DNA from: an uncultured Candidatus Saccharibacteria bacterium | Lineage (GTDB): Bacteria; Patescibacteriota; Saccharimonadia; Saccharimonadales; Saccharimonadaceae | Direction of reading: 5' to 3' | Length of the DNA: 64,000 nucleotides | NCBI GenBank assembly: GCA_964480675.1 | Contig: CAYZPD010000002.1 | Coordinates: 172,538 to 236,537, forward strand | In this document: one piece after another, positions 46,053 to 55,732 of the stretch | How positions within the stretch are numbered: position 1 is the stretch's first letter | Layout of the letters: every line of letters begins with the position of its first letter | Notes under the pieces: model-generated | What the model was told of the DNA's origin: nothing | What the model saw: the letters and a program-made list of their open reading frames with translations, nothing else | Database searches by the model: none | Translations under genes and position numbers: made by a program

Positions 46053-47056
46053 GCGAACTTCCTCAAAAATGCTAATTTGCCTGATTCGAAATGACGTAAA
46101 TCTTCGATGCCGTACTTCAGCATAATCATGCGTTCCACACCGCCGCCCCATGCAAATCCTCGGTATTTTTCGGGGTCAATATCTGCAGCCTTCAGAACAT
46201 TCGGATGTATCATGCCACAGCCGAGCATCTCTAGCCAATCACCTGGTTTACCACCAATAGCTGCTGGTTTTTCGATCATAAATTCTAGCCCTGGTTCGAC
46301 AAAAGGAAAATACCCTGGCTGCGTCTTGATGGCGAGTTTCTGTCCATAATATTCCTCGAAAAACGCCCTCAGTGTACCGAGCATCTGGGCAAGTGAAGCA
46401 CTCTCACTCACAAACACCCCCTCGACTTGATAGAATGTGTGTTCGTGCGTTGTGTCGACATCTTCATTACGAAACACACGGCCATAACTAATGCTTGCAA
46501 TCTGTCCACCGGCTTCAAGCTTTGCTTTACCCGTCTTTAGTACTCGATTCTGCATAGTGCTGGTGTGCGCAGGTGGTATAAATCCTTCTTCAGTTCGAAA
46601 AGTGTCATAGCCATCACGAGCCGGGTGACCCTCTGGAAAGTTCAGCGCACCAAACATATTCCAGTCATCATCGAGCTGACGTGACTCGTGCGCATCAAAT
46701 CCCATACGTGTAAGGATATCGATGGTACGCTCGAGCTCAATAGTGATGGGATGCTGTGTACCATATTCTGTCGGCAATAGCACAGGCTGACGGGTATTTA
46801 CATCCCACGGCGCAGTGACATCTATCGGCACCAGTGATGCTTCATCCAGCTCTGCCTGTCGCTCATTAATCGCAGCAACCAGAGCTTGCTTCAAATCATT
46901 AAGTGCACGACCAGCACCTGCTCGGTCTTCGGCCGGCAGTGTCTTAATTTCGTCAGCAAGTGTGCGTAGTTCTGCCGCTCGCAAGATTTCTTGCGGGCTA
47001 TCACTGGACTGAATTCGCGCGAGCAACTCGTCACGGACAGAATCTGTACTACTCAT
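46049..47056 (-). CDS. pheS: phenylalanine--tRNA ligase alpha subunit
   Basis: 335 aa with class II motifs (FRNEDVDTTHEHTFYQVEG, GFAWGGGVERM). TATACT lies 8 nt upstream of the ATG. Confidence 0.95.
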   Translation of the reverse strand: MSSTDSVRDELLARIQSSDSPQEILRAAELRTLADEIKTLPAEDRAGAGRALNDLKQALVAAINERQAELDEASLVPIDVTAPWDVNTRQPVLLPTEYGTQHPITIELERTIDILTRMGFDAHESRQLDDDWNMFGALNFPEGHPARDGYDTFRTEEGFIPPAHTSTMQNRVLKTGKAKLEAGGQIASISYGRVFRNEDVDTTHEHTFYQVEGVFVSESASLAQMLGTLRAFFEEYYGQKLAIKTQPGYFPFVEPGLEFMIEKPAAIGGKPGDWLEMLGCGMIHPNVLKAADIDPEKYRGFAWGGGVERMIMLKYGIEDLRHFESGKLAFLRKFA

Positions 47057-47077
47057 TAAGCTAAAGTATAAAATATC

Positions 47078-47323
47078 TTATCTTTGATTACTAGAGACGA
47101 TGAAGAAGAAAACAGCTGCAGCGACGGCAAAGACAACGATAAGAATCCACACCCACGCAAGACTTGTCGTTTGTTTTGTACCTTCTATATAGGCCGAGTC
47201 GTCGACTCCATCAGGTAAATCACCTTTGGGTTCGTTTTTCTTTTTTGCTTTTTCGCTCAGTTCAGTAGCGATGCGTTTTTGCAGCTCGGTGCGATTATCT
47301 TCTTGGTTGACTATAATTCCCAT
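47078..47323 (-). CDS. small tail-anchored membrane protein
   Basis: The track ORF starts at 47389. The ATG at 47323 (MGIIVNQEDN) is preferred. It has a charged N-terminus and a C-terminal TM, LAWVWILIVVFAVAAAVFFFIV. Confidence 0.45.
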   Translation of the reverse strand: MGIIVNQEDNRTELQKRIATELSEKAKKKNEPKGDLPDGVDDSAYIEGTKQTTSLAWVWILIVVFAVAAAVFFFIVSSNQR

Positions 47324-47412
47324 ACTTAAATTATACACCGCAAAAAATTTAATGCGGTGGACATCACAGTTATGGTATACTACGTTCATAATTTCTATAA
47401 GGAGGGAATTTC

Positions 47413-48237
47413 ATGGCTACTAAGAAAGCCGGCTCGGCTGCCAAAAAGACCACCCGGTCCAAAAGCCAATCAACAAAAACTAACGTAACAACCGTCAAGG
47501 CTGTCAAAGCTGAGAGGACTGCATCAGTTTCTCGCTTCGGTGACCGCCGCAGCGTTCTTGCTGCAGCATTGATCGGTGAGTTCATCGGTACATTCCTGCT
47601 TGCAGGCGCATACCTTGTGACTAAGGGCGAACCACTATACATGGGCTTCGTACTTGTTACTTTGGTACTTATGGTAGGTACACTTTCTGGTGCTCACCTC
47701 AACCCAGTTGTCACCGTTGGTGCTTGGGTTACTCGTAAACTCAGCCACTTGCGTGCTGTTGTTTACCTTGCCGCACAGGTACTTGGTGCAGGTGCTGCAT
47801 ACGTTGTACTGTCTGCATTCATCGGTGGTTACCACGTTGAAGGTGCAGCTGCGAGCGCATTGGCTCAGCAGGCTCCTGAAGTATTCAAGGTTGCTGCTCT
47901 AACTGAGCACGCTCACTGGTATGTCTTCTTCGCTGAATTGCTCGGCGCAAGCATCTTTGCATTCGCTGTTGCAGGCGCACGCCGCGAAAAGACTGACCGT
48001 GTTGCTAAGGCTCTCACCGTTGGTTTCGGCCTGTTTGTTGCTGCACTTGTTGCCGGCGTTGCCGTTAGCTACGTTGCTGCAAACGCAGTCCTCAACCCAG
48101 CTATCGCTCTTGCTGCCAGCGCTATCGACTTCAACAAAGTCGACTGGTTCGCAGTTGCTGCATACGTCGTTGCACCGCTCATCGGTGGTATCGTCGGTTT
48201 TGCACTTCGTGATGTTGTTGAAACAAACGACAAGTAG
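47413..48237 (+). CDS. MIP-family channel (aquaporin/glycerol facilitator) with a basic N-terminal extension
   Basis: The first half-helix motif is SGAHLNPVVT (NPV) and the second is VLNPAIAL (NPA). There are six TMs. SD AAGGAGGG lies upstream. The first ~45 aa are Lys/Thr/Ser-rich. Confidence 0.88.
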   Translation: MATKKAGSAAKKTTRSKSQSTKTNVTTVKAVKAERTASVSRFGDRRSVLAAALIGEFIGTFLLAGAYLVTKGEPLYMGFVLVTLVLMVGTLSGAHLNPVVTVGAWVTRKLSHLRAVVYLAAQVLGAGAAYVVLSAFIGGYHVEGAAASALAQQAPEVFKVAALTEHAHWYVFFAELLGASIFAFAVAGARREKTDRVAKALTVGFGLFVAALVAGVAVSYVAANAVLNPAIALAASAIDFNKVDWFAVAAYVVAPLIGGIVGFALRDVVETNDK

Positions 48238-48256
48238 TTTCGACTCATCCTACAAT

Positions 48257-48286
48257 AGACCCCGCTATATGCGGGGTCTATTTATT
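48257..48286. terminator. hairpin terminator between convergent genes
   Basis: AGACCCCGC-tatat-GCGGGGTCT followed by ATTTATT. It overlaps the stop codon of the minus-strand 107-aa gene. Confidence 0.6.
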
Positions 48287-48601
48287 GTCTTCACTCTCGT
48301 TTGCGATTAATCCAAATTCTTCATTCATGGCATCGACTTCAGCTTGCACCGCGAGCATCTCGTACATCAATAAGGCGATTGCAGCAATCCTTATCGTCTC
48401 TTCTGGTTCTACTGCCATTCTATCAGCATAGCTCAAAACCATACGGCTCATATCCGGCTGCTCAGTGATAAATCTATTGTATGCCTCTTTAGTGAAGTTC
48501 GATATTTTACCTGGCTCTCGCGCCTGACGAGTATCCTGACCAACACTCCCTACTACTTCGGGAGAAACGCGAGGCAGTCGCTGCGGTTGCTCAAAAGTCA
48601 T
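48278..48601 (-). CDS. hypothetical protein (107 aa)
   Basis: Clean ORF downstream of rmuC on the same strand. No recognisable motif. Confidence 0.5.
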   Translation of the reverse strand: MTFEQPQRLPRVSPEVVGSVGQDTRQAREPGKISNFTKEAYNRFITEQPDMSRMVLSYADRMAVEPEETIRIAAIALLMYEMLAVQAEVDAMNEEFGLIANESEDNK

Positions 48602-48612
48602 TTGCTGCTATT

Positions 48613-49659
48613 CTATTCGTCGGCTGTCGGTTTATCAAGTAGCATTGGCTCTACTGTCGACTCTGTGTCTGCAATTTTGACGATATCACGATCAATCTTC
48701 CCAAGCTCTTTGTAGGTCGTATTGTAGTGACCAACTGTCGTTCCTAAGCTTGCGCCTAGTTTCTGCATATAAACGTTATGTGCGATAAGGTGTTTTTGTA
48801 ACTGCTCAATATTTTTGCGAATCTTCTCAGTATCTTTATGAATTTCAATAGACCGAAGACCCTGGGCGACCGTTTGTAGCATAGCCGAAAGTGTTGTTGG
48901 ACCAACGATCGTCACTTTCTTTTCTGCAGCATATTGCAGCAAGTTGCGGCCGTTCACGCCGACTTTTTCCGTCAGAATATCGTAGTAAATTGTTTCAGAC
49001 GGGATAAACATCAAGGCTTGGTCAAGCGTGCCCTTGCCAGGTTTAATATACTTTGCCGTTTCATCGATACGACCTTTTATGTCTGCCTTAAATAGTTTCT
49101 CGTACGATTCTTTTTCGGCGCCATTCGCTTCGATCATGCGATTGTAATTCTCAAGCGAAAACTTACTGTCCAGTGGTAGCAACTTGTCCTCATAGCGAAT
49201 CACCGCATCCACAATAAGTCCTTCACCGAGTTTATACTGCAGATTAAACGCACCAGGCGGCAACGTATTTTTGAGAATTTGCTCTAAATAATATTCACCA
49301 ATCACACCGCGTTGCTTTGGGTTCTGCAAAACATTCTGGAGTGTCTTCAACTCAGTGGCGACATCAACTACTCGCTTGTTTGTCTCGTCAAGCTTCGTCA
49401 GGCGCTGCGTCACATCAGCCACCAGCTTTGCACTTTCGCTCAATTGCTTTTGTACAGATGCTTGAACCGATGCGTTATTGCGCTCCAATTTGTCACCCAT
49501 ACTCTCCTGTAATTTCATAATTGTCCGATTCAGTTCAGTGACATCAGACTTTATGAGGTCGACCGATCCGCCATTTTGTGCAGTTTGCTGTCGCAAAAGT
49601 AAAACAACTACGGCAACCGCCAGCACAACTGCGACAATCCCAAGAATAAGCATTTCCAT
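48613..49659 (-). CDS. rmuC: DNA recombination protein RmuC
   Basis: 348 aa with an N-terminal TM, a long coiled coil and a C-terminal RmuC nuclease-like region (LLPLDSKFSLENY, MFIPSETIY). Confidence 0.85.
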   Translation of the reverse strand: MEMLILGIVAVVLAVAVVVLLLRQQTAQNGGSVDLIKSDVTELNRTIMKLQESMGDKLERNNASVQASVQKQLSESAKLVADVTQRLTKLDETNKRVVDVATELKTLQNVLQNPKQRGVIGEYYLEQILKNTLPPGAFNLQYKLGEGLIVDAVIRYEDKLLPLDSKFSLENYNRMIEANGAEKESYEKLFKADIKGRIDETAKYIKPGKGTLDQALMFIPSETIYYDILTEKVGVNGRNLLQYAAEKKVTIVGPTTLSAMLQTVAQGLRSIEIHKDTEKIRKNIEQLQKHLIAHNVYMQKLGASLGTTVGHYNTTYKELGKIDRDIVKIADTESTVEPMLLDKPTADE

Positions 49660-49683
49660 AAACTCAGTATACCATCCTAAGAT

Positions 49684-50181
49684 TTAGAGTAGCGGTAGCA
49701 AGCGGATCAATACAACCGCAACAACGACTAAAATAACGGCTGGTACGAACAATCGCGGCCGTACGAGCCAAGAAAAAGCAAGGTATGTTAGTGCGTACAA
49801 AATCACTGACCATGACAGCGCCTCATACCAAGGAAGCTGCGCAGTTAAAGCGCCGATGCCCCAGAGTGCTATCACTGCAGCCAGCACGATAAGCAGAGGT
49901 CGGTAAACACTCAAACGAACAAGACCAAGGAGTCCAACGATTCCTGCTAGGAGACCGGCGATCATCGTCGCAGTACCAGTCGCATTCACGCATGCACCGC
50001 TCGCAGGATCACCGCAAAACAGTGGAACAAAGATTACTTGTCGTACCAAGAGTGACAGTACCCAAGCTGCAACTCCCAAGACTGCGCCAAAGAGCGCAAT
50101 TTGAATCACTTGCTGCTGAGGCATTTCGATGAAACCACCAAATAACTCCGATGATTCTGATGTATCAGTTGTTGCCATCAC
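49684..50181 (-). CDS. hypothetical integral membrane protein (165 aa)
   Basis: Four predicted TMs and a CGDPASGAC loop. No known family recognised. Confidence 0.55.
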   Translation of the reverse strand: MMATTDTSESSELFGGFIEMPQQQVIQIALFGAVLGVAAWVLSLLVRQVIFVPLFCGDPASGACVNATGTATMIAGLLAGIVGLLGLVRLSVYRPLLIVLAAVIALWGIGALTAQLPWYEALSWSVILYALTYLAFSWLVRPRLFVPAVILVVVAVVLIRLLPLL

Positions 50182-50238
50182 TTCTCCTCATTTATTCCAT
50201 TATAACACCCTGATAGCACAGTGGTAAACGTACTGGAA

Positions 50239-50736
50239 TTAAACTGAAGAGGTCTTTTTGCGTCGAGCAGGTGCTTTCGTAGTCTGCGGCACGAGGTACC
50301 ACAAAGCACCTACGGCTGCGGCGAGCAATCCACCCAAGACATCGAGCGGAGTGTGCACGAGCGCCAACACGCGGCCAACGCACACCAATACAACGAGTAC
50401 TGCCAAGATTCCCGCCCAAAGCTTCGAGCGAGTTTCGAACCAAACCGCAAACAAAATAGATGCGGCAAAAAGCGCATGGTCAGATGGGAAACCGGGGTTA
50501 TTCAAATATGCAGCTCCAGGTGCAACGCCCAATATTTCAAAAGGTCGTTCACCAACCGGCTGATAGAGAGTCGCCAAATACTTAGCAAATAAATACGTCG
50601 TGAGCCCGGCCATTAAAATCCGACAGTACGCCGCATAGCGACCCGTAGTAGGTACTTTGAAAATAAGCGTATATATACCTATCAGCACGATAGGAACCAA
50701 TGTACCATCGGCAATTAGTCGTACAAATGTTTGCAT
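50239..50736 (-). CDS. PAP2-family phosphatase
   Basis: Acid phosphatase motifs GERP, PSDHA and HTPLDVLGG, in a 165-aa polytopic membrane protein. Confidence 0.8.
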   Translation of the reverse strand: MQTFVRLIADGTLVPIVLIGIYTLIFKVPTTGRYAAYCRILMAGLTTYLFAKYLATLYQPVGERPFEILGVAPGAAYLNNPGFPSDHALFAASILFAVWFETRSKLWAGILAVLVVLVCVGRVLALVHTPLDVLGGLLAAAVGALWYLVPQTTKAPARRKKTSSV

Positions 50737-50811
50737 ATCCTCTAGTATACGCCCGATTTCGCCGATGACAAAAATCCAGTATACTGGTTATGTAAATAGG
50801 GAGAATTCTTC

Positions 50812-51372
50812 ATGAATAAACTTATCGTTGGTGGTATTGTCGCGCTTGTTGTTATCGGCGGAGTGTCTGCCTATATGCTCGTCAGTAGCCAATCATCCGG
50901 CACACAGCCAAGCGGAACATCCAACAGTACGATCAGTTTCTCGGCATGCGACATCTTAACAGAAGACATCGCTAAATCACTCCTTGGCAGTAACATTAGT
51001 AGTCCCGACGACGGCTCGGGCACCGCATCAACGGCTGATATTTCTGTCACAAACTGTAGCTACGCAACCAAAATTAGCACTGCCGATGCCGCAAAGAGCA
51101 GTGTACCCAAATCAAGTGGAGTGAGTGTACTCGCACGTATTGCCAAGACTCAGGCAGGAGCAAACAGCAACCAGCAACTCTTTAGTACATTCCCTGCCGG
51201 TACTCAGGAGGTGCAAGGTCTCGGCGACAAAGCATTCTATGCTCCCGACTTTCGTCAGCTCAATATCCTTAAGGGTGATAACTGGTATGTCGTCACTTAC
51301 TATATAGACACTGTTACAAATGCTTCTCTCGACAACAATAAAAAGCTTGCCGAGAAGTTGAACTTCCGATAG
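50812..51372 (+). CDS. secreted or membrane-anchored hypothetical protein (186 aa)
   Basis: N-terminal anchor LIVGGIVALVVIGGVSAYMLV and an upstream GGGAGA SD. The mature part is Ser/Thr/Ala-rich. No known domain. Confidence 0.6.
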   Translation: MNKLIVGGIVALVVIGGVSAYMLVSSQSSGTQPSGTSNSTISFSACDILTEDIAKSLLGSNISSPDDGSGTASTADISVTNCSYATKISTADAAKSSVPKSSGVSVLARIAKTQAGANSNQQLFSTFPAGTQEVQGLGDKAFYAPDFRQLNILKGDNWYVVTYYIDTVTNASLDNNKKLAEKLNFR

Positions 51373-51470
51373 TGATGTTTCGAGTCGATTGACTTATCTG
51401 CCATTTTAATGAATAATATACCCAACCCACCAATCGTTGGGAGCTCATTACAACAAGCCAAGGAGTAATC

Positions 51471-52319
51471 GTGGCAAAATGCAAACGCGTTTTCATTACC
51501 GGTGCCGACCGTGGCATCGGACGTGAACTCGCGATCACGCTGAACAGTCAAGGTCATCATGTCTTTGTCACTGGTCTTGACGAGGAAGCACTGCGTCAAC
51601 TTGCCCGTGAATGCGCCGATCATGGCGCATGGGCAGTATGCGATGTTCGCTCAGAAGAACAAGTCGCAGCAGCGGTGGCAAAAGCCGCGAGTCATTTAGG
51701 ACAAATCGACGTAGCCATCGTCAACGCTGGTATCGCTCGTCAAATGACAATCGATGAGCCGGATTTCAATAACGAACTCCGTACAACATTTGATGTCAAT
51801 GTGTTCGGTGCCGTTTACACAGCGCAGGCCGTTCGCCCCCACCTGGCGAAGACCCAGGGCTACATAATGTTCCTTGCGTCGCTGGCTGGTCTGGTGAATC
51901 CACCTCTCATGGGGTCATACAACACGAGCAAGTCTGCACTTCGCGCCTTTGCGGAAACATTCCGGTTGGAAGTCATTCCGGAAAAGATCCGTGTCGGTGT
52001 TGTTACCCTATCGGAGCTCGATACCGAGATGACCCGTACTGGTTTTGCCACGAGCGCAGCTGAGTATCTGCTGTCAGTAGGAGGCCGTCGGGTTTTACCC
52101 GTCGCACCACTGACACCCGCCATCAAAGCGATGGTAAAGGGTATCCAGCGCAAGCGCCGCCATATCCATTCGCCACGACGTGTCGTCTTGATGCGACTAT
52201 TCCCATGGGTTCCTCAGCGTGTCGTCGAGGCATTTGTTCGTCCCCGGATGGCAAAAGCACTTCAGCTGGCACACGAGGAAGAGGGACGGCGTACAACCAC
52301 CCTTCCCAAACTCTCCTAA
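51471..52319 (+). CDS. short-chain dehydrogenase/reductase (SDR) family oxidoreductase
   Basis: GTG start with AAGGAG SD. Motifs TGADRGIGRE, NAG and YNTSK (YxxxK). Confidence 0.88.
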   Translation: MAKCKRVFITGADRGIGRELAITLNSQGHHVFVTGLDEEALRQLARECADHGAWAVCDVRSEEQVAAAVAKAASHLGQIDVAIVNAGIARQMTIDEPDFNNELRTTFDVNVFGAVYTAQAVRPHLAKTQGYIMFLASLAGLVNPPLMGSYNTSKSALRAFAETFRLEVIPEKIRVGVVTLSELDTEMTRTGFATSAAEYLLSVGGRRVLPVAPLTPAIKAMVKGIQRKRRHIHSPRRVVLMRLFPWVPQRVVEAFVRPRMAKALQLAHEEEGRRTTTLPKLS

Positions 52320-52330
52320 TAGCTTGCCTC

Positions 52331-52380
52331 GGCTCGTCAGAAAAGGCTCGTCGCCTTTTCTGACGAGCCTTTTTTCTTTT
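52331..52380 (+). terminator. rho-independent terminator after the SDR gene
   Basis: 16-bp stem GGCTCGTCAGAAAAGG/CCTTTTCTGACGAGCC (52331-52346 and 52354-52369) followed by TTTTTTCTTTT. Confidence 0.8.
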
Positions 52381-52411
52381 CTCTTCATTATGCTTATGTC
52401 ATGATATATTA

Positions 52412-52440
52412 TTGACAAAACGTAAATATTTTGATAAAAT
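52412..52440 (+). promoter_or_regulatory. near-consensus sigma-70 type promoter: TTGACA, 17-nt spacer ending in TGa (extended -10), then TAAAAT
   Basis: -35 at 52412-52417 and extended -10 at 52432-52440. SD GAGAGGA lies before the ATG at 52487. Confidence 0.6.
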
Positions 52441-52486
52441 GCACCTTAATATTTAATCTGGTGGGCTGTGTTGAGAGGATTTTTGC

Positions 52487-54707
52487 ATGGGCCACCATAT
52501 CTTGCGTCGCGCTATTAACCTTACCTTTGCCTTTCTATTGGCTGTTTTTTCAGTCAACTTGAGCGGTGTCTTGTCGCTACAGAGCGCATATGCAGATAAA
52601 CCTAGTGATACAGAAAACGGCACTTACCTCCCCGTCTGGTGCCACCAAACAGGCAATCACTGGACTATCCAGCAAGGCGAAGGTGAGCGTGCAAATTCCT
52701 GGGCACTCCTCATGACCGATTCGATTCGCGCTCTTGGTATCGATGCTGTTGACCCAACCGTGCCAAACGGCAGTCAGGTTATAGAGAACAACCGCAGCGA
52801 CAAAATCGATCCAAGCTTCTGTGATGCACAATTTACACTTACAACTCCTACACCTACCGTTACTGGCCTCTGTGGACTCAATAATGACACTGTCATCATC
52901 CCAAGCAACTCTAACTACACTTCAAGTTTTAGCGGCTGGGCTGCAAATAAGGGCACGGTGACTCTCACTGCCGTATCTCCCTACGTCTTCTCGGGTGATA
53001 AGACGAGTGTCACTATTCCTCTGACTGAACTGAATACTGCAGCATGTATCGTTAACGACGCAACAGCAAGTGTCAATCTTACTCCAGCGACTTGTAATAG
53101 CGCTGACTTAGTAGCTCTTTCAAATGTCGCTTATGCGACGCTCACTTCAAATGGCGGGGTACTCGATCAAACCGTTGGCACACACCGCAACATTCACTGC
53201 TACTGCTGGTCATGCATTCGCAGGCGGTAACACCACACTTGCCATACCTTATACAATTGCACCAAAGCTCACCGGTCTACCATGCGCTGGTCAGCAACCA
53301 CCTGCACAAGTACAGACTCGTGTCATCACAGCTGCACCAGTTTGTTCACCAAATGGTGGCGGTATCGTCACTAGCTGGACAGAGCAACGTACTCGCCCTT
53401 ATGTCATTAGTGGCAACTCTTGGGTGCTGGGTAGCTGGTCTAGTTGGACAAAAGTTGCAGGCTCAGACGCAACTCGCCCAGCAACCCCTGCGGAATGTCC
53501 TGTCGGAGTAGCACCAACAGCGCCAACAGCAGCCGATCAATGCGGTGTGTACGCTGACCAATATGTTATTCCACAACAAACCGGTGTTCGTTACGAAGTA
53601 AAGATTGGTCAAATCGGTCAGAACGAAATCTACGCACCTATCAGCGCTAGTACTTACTCAACACTCGGTGCATCAAGCGTCAAGATCCGTGCCATCGCCA
53701 AGAACGGCTATGTATTAACCGGTGGTGTTTACAACTGGACGCTGAACTTCGATACGGCAAAATGCCAGGTGATCGCAAATGTTACTCCTCACGAAGTTTG
53801 TGGTGCTAATGACAACTACACTATTCCCTCAACTGCACACGTGACTTACAAACTTGCAACTACAAAGTGGTTTTACTTCATGAACATTCCACTTTTCCAA
53901 TACACTGAATACGACACACTCCCTGCTGGTATTTACCCTGCAAGTGGTACCGTCACTATCAAAGCGTTTGCTGATCTTGGCTACGAAATTACCAGCCAAG
54001 ATACCTGGACATTCAATTTCGACAGCAACAAATGTGATCAGCCATTCGATACCGAAGGCGACCCGATTTTCAGCGATCAATGTGGCACTGTAAACGATAG
54101 TTACACTATCGAACCAGCACAGGGTGTTACATACCGTGTTAACGGAAACATCGTTCCGGCAAGTTTCTACCCGAACGCCAGTGGCAGTATTGCAATCACC
54201 GCAGAAGCCAGCGACGCTAACTACGTACTGACAGGTGTTACAGAATGGTCACATGAGTTCTCTACCGCCAGCTGCGCAGCTATTACAGCGACTGCTATAT
54301 GTAATCGAGAGGGTGTTATCGTCACGCTGACAAACGAAGGTGATACCGATGGTAGCGTATCGGTAAACGGCGATGAAGTTACCGTATCTGGCAACAGCAG
54401 CGAGGAAGTCATCGTACCATTAACTCTCTGGAAAGCATCTGTAGAAGTTTACAATGATAATGAATCACCACTTCTTGTTAGCGACTTTGACTGTACGCCT
54501 GGTCGCGGTGGTATCGGCGGCGATCCTCAGGATCCACCGGTCACTCCAAAGCCAATTCCAGCAATTCCAACTGGCGTTGTCTTACCGCAAACCGGTAGCG
54601 ACAAGAATCCTGTTGTACAGCTTGTCTCTGTCATCGTGGCTGGCTTGCTAGCATACGGTATGGTCTTCGCCCTGATCAATCGCCGCGATTTGATTAGCAA
54701 CGAGTAA
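52487..54707 (+). pseudogene. LPXTG-anchored surface protein made of Cys-bracketed repeat modules, interrupted by a frameshift (track ORFs 52487..53230 and 53124..54707)
   Basis: N-terminal signal peptide and a C-terminal LPQTG, hydrophobic segment and RR sorting signal. Both frames are open over 53124-53230. Module alignment places the frame switch at GGCACACACC (53177-53186). Confidence 0.75.
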
Positions 54708-54791
54708 CCTATTCTGACCGCCCCAAAGACGCCCCGCTGTGGGCGTCTTTTCTTATCCACGCTATAATAGTAGTAAGGAGATATATCAATT

Positions 54792-55190
54792 ATGAATTTA
54801 GTCGAAGTATTCAGCGGCTTCTCGGTTAATGATCAAGATGCCGCCAAGGAATTTTATACCAATGTCATCGGACTGAAGCTTGAAGACGAAAAAATGGGTC
54901 TGACGCTCAAGCTACCTACCGGTGGCAAGGTATTTGTATACGGCAAAGATAATCATCGGGCGGCATCATATACAGTACTCAACCTCGTCGTTGATAATAT
55001 CGATGCAGCAGTTGATGATCTTGTTACAAAAGGTGTCAAATTTGAAATCTACGACAACTTATTCCCAGGTGCCGAGCAAGACGCAAAAGGCATCCTCCGC
55101 TCACCTGACCACGAAAAATACGGACCATCAATTGCGTGGTTCAAAGACCCAGCAGACAATGTCATTGCCGTTTTAGAAGCAACAAAGTAA
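54792..55190 (+). CDS. VOC (glyoxalase/bleomycin-resistance) family protein
   Basis: 132 aa. The AAKEFYTNVIGLKLED beta-alpha-beta-beta-beta module pattern is present. TATAAT and AAGGAGA lie upstream. Confidence 0.75.
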   Translation: MNLVEVFSGFSVNDQDAAKEFYTNVIGLKLEDEKMGLTLKLPTGGKVFVYGKDNHRAASYTVLNLVVDNIDAAVDDLVTKGVKFEIYDNLFPGAEQDAKGILRSPDHEKYGPSIAWFKDPADNVIAVLEATK

Positions 55191-55202
55191 ACGTTCTATC
55201 AG

Positions 55203-55237
55203 AAAAGTGCCCGTGATGTTCGGGCACTTTTTTATTT
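55203..55237. terminator. bidirectional hairpin terminator
   Basis: AAAAGTGCCCG-tgatgtt-CGGGCACTTTT with a following T-run, between convergent genes. Confidence 0.75.
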
Positions 55238-55246
55238 GATCAACGC

Positions 55247-55732
55247 TTAGTCACGTGGGCCGCCAGGACCACCCAGTATGCCCCTTAGTTTACTCAAGTC
55301 CAATCCCTGTTCTTTCGCCCAAGCCTCCATGTCGGTACGTCTTTTCTCCATTGCCGCTTCACGCTCAGCATCACTCATACTCTTGATGGTGTCACGATCT
55401 GCTTTACGCTCATTTTTTAGTTCGGTGATTTTTGCTTCAATGGCACTTTTCTGCGCTGCCGTAATTGTACCCTTGTCTACCAAAGCCTGCAAACGGCTCT
55501 GAAGCTCCTGCTCATGCTTGGCTTCCATATCCGATCGCTGCTGATCAAAAACCTGTTGAACCTTCGATTTATCAAGATTGAAGGTACTCGCAATTTTGTC
55601 GACCAAACTCGACATAGGGTCGCCACTGTTCGTTCCCGACTCAGCGTTTGCTACTGCACCCCCCGCTAGTGCACCTGCGCCTACTGTTCCCACAACTCCA
55701 GCTACGACGAGGGTTTTTGTCAGTGATTTCAT
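55247..55732 (-). CDS. secreted helical, charged protein (161 aa)
   Basis: The track ORF starts at 55774. The ATG at 55732 (MKSLTKTLVVAGVVGTVGAGALA...ANA) is preferred, with AAAGGAG SD upstream. It has a signal peptide and then Lys/Glu/Asp-rich helices. Confidence 0.6.
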   Translation of the reverse strand: MKSLTKTLVVAGVVGTVGAGALAGGAVANAESGTNSGDPMSSLVDKIASTFNLDKSKVQQVFDQQRSDMEAKHEQELQSRLQALVDKGTITAAQKSAIEAKITELKNERKADRDTIKSMSDAEREAAMEKRRTDMEAWAKEQGLDLSKLRGILGGPGGPRD

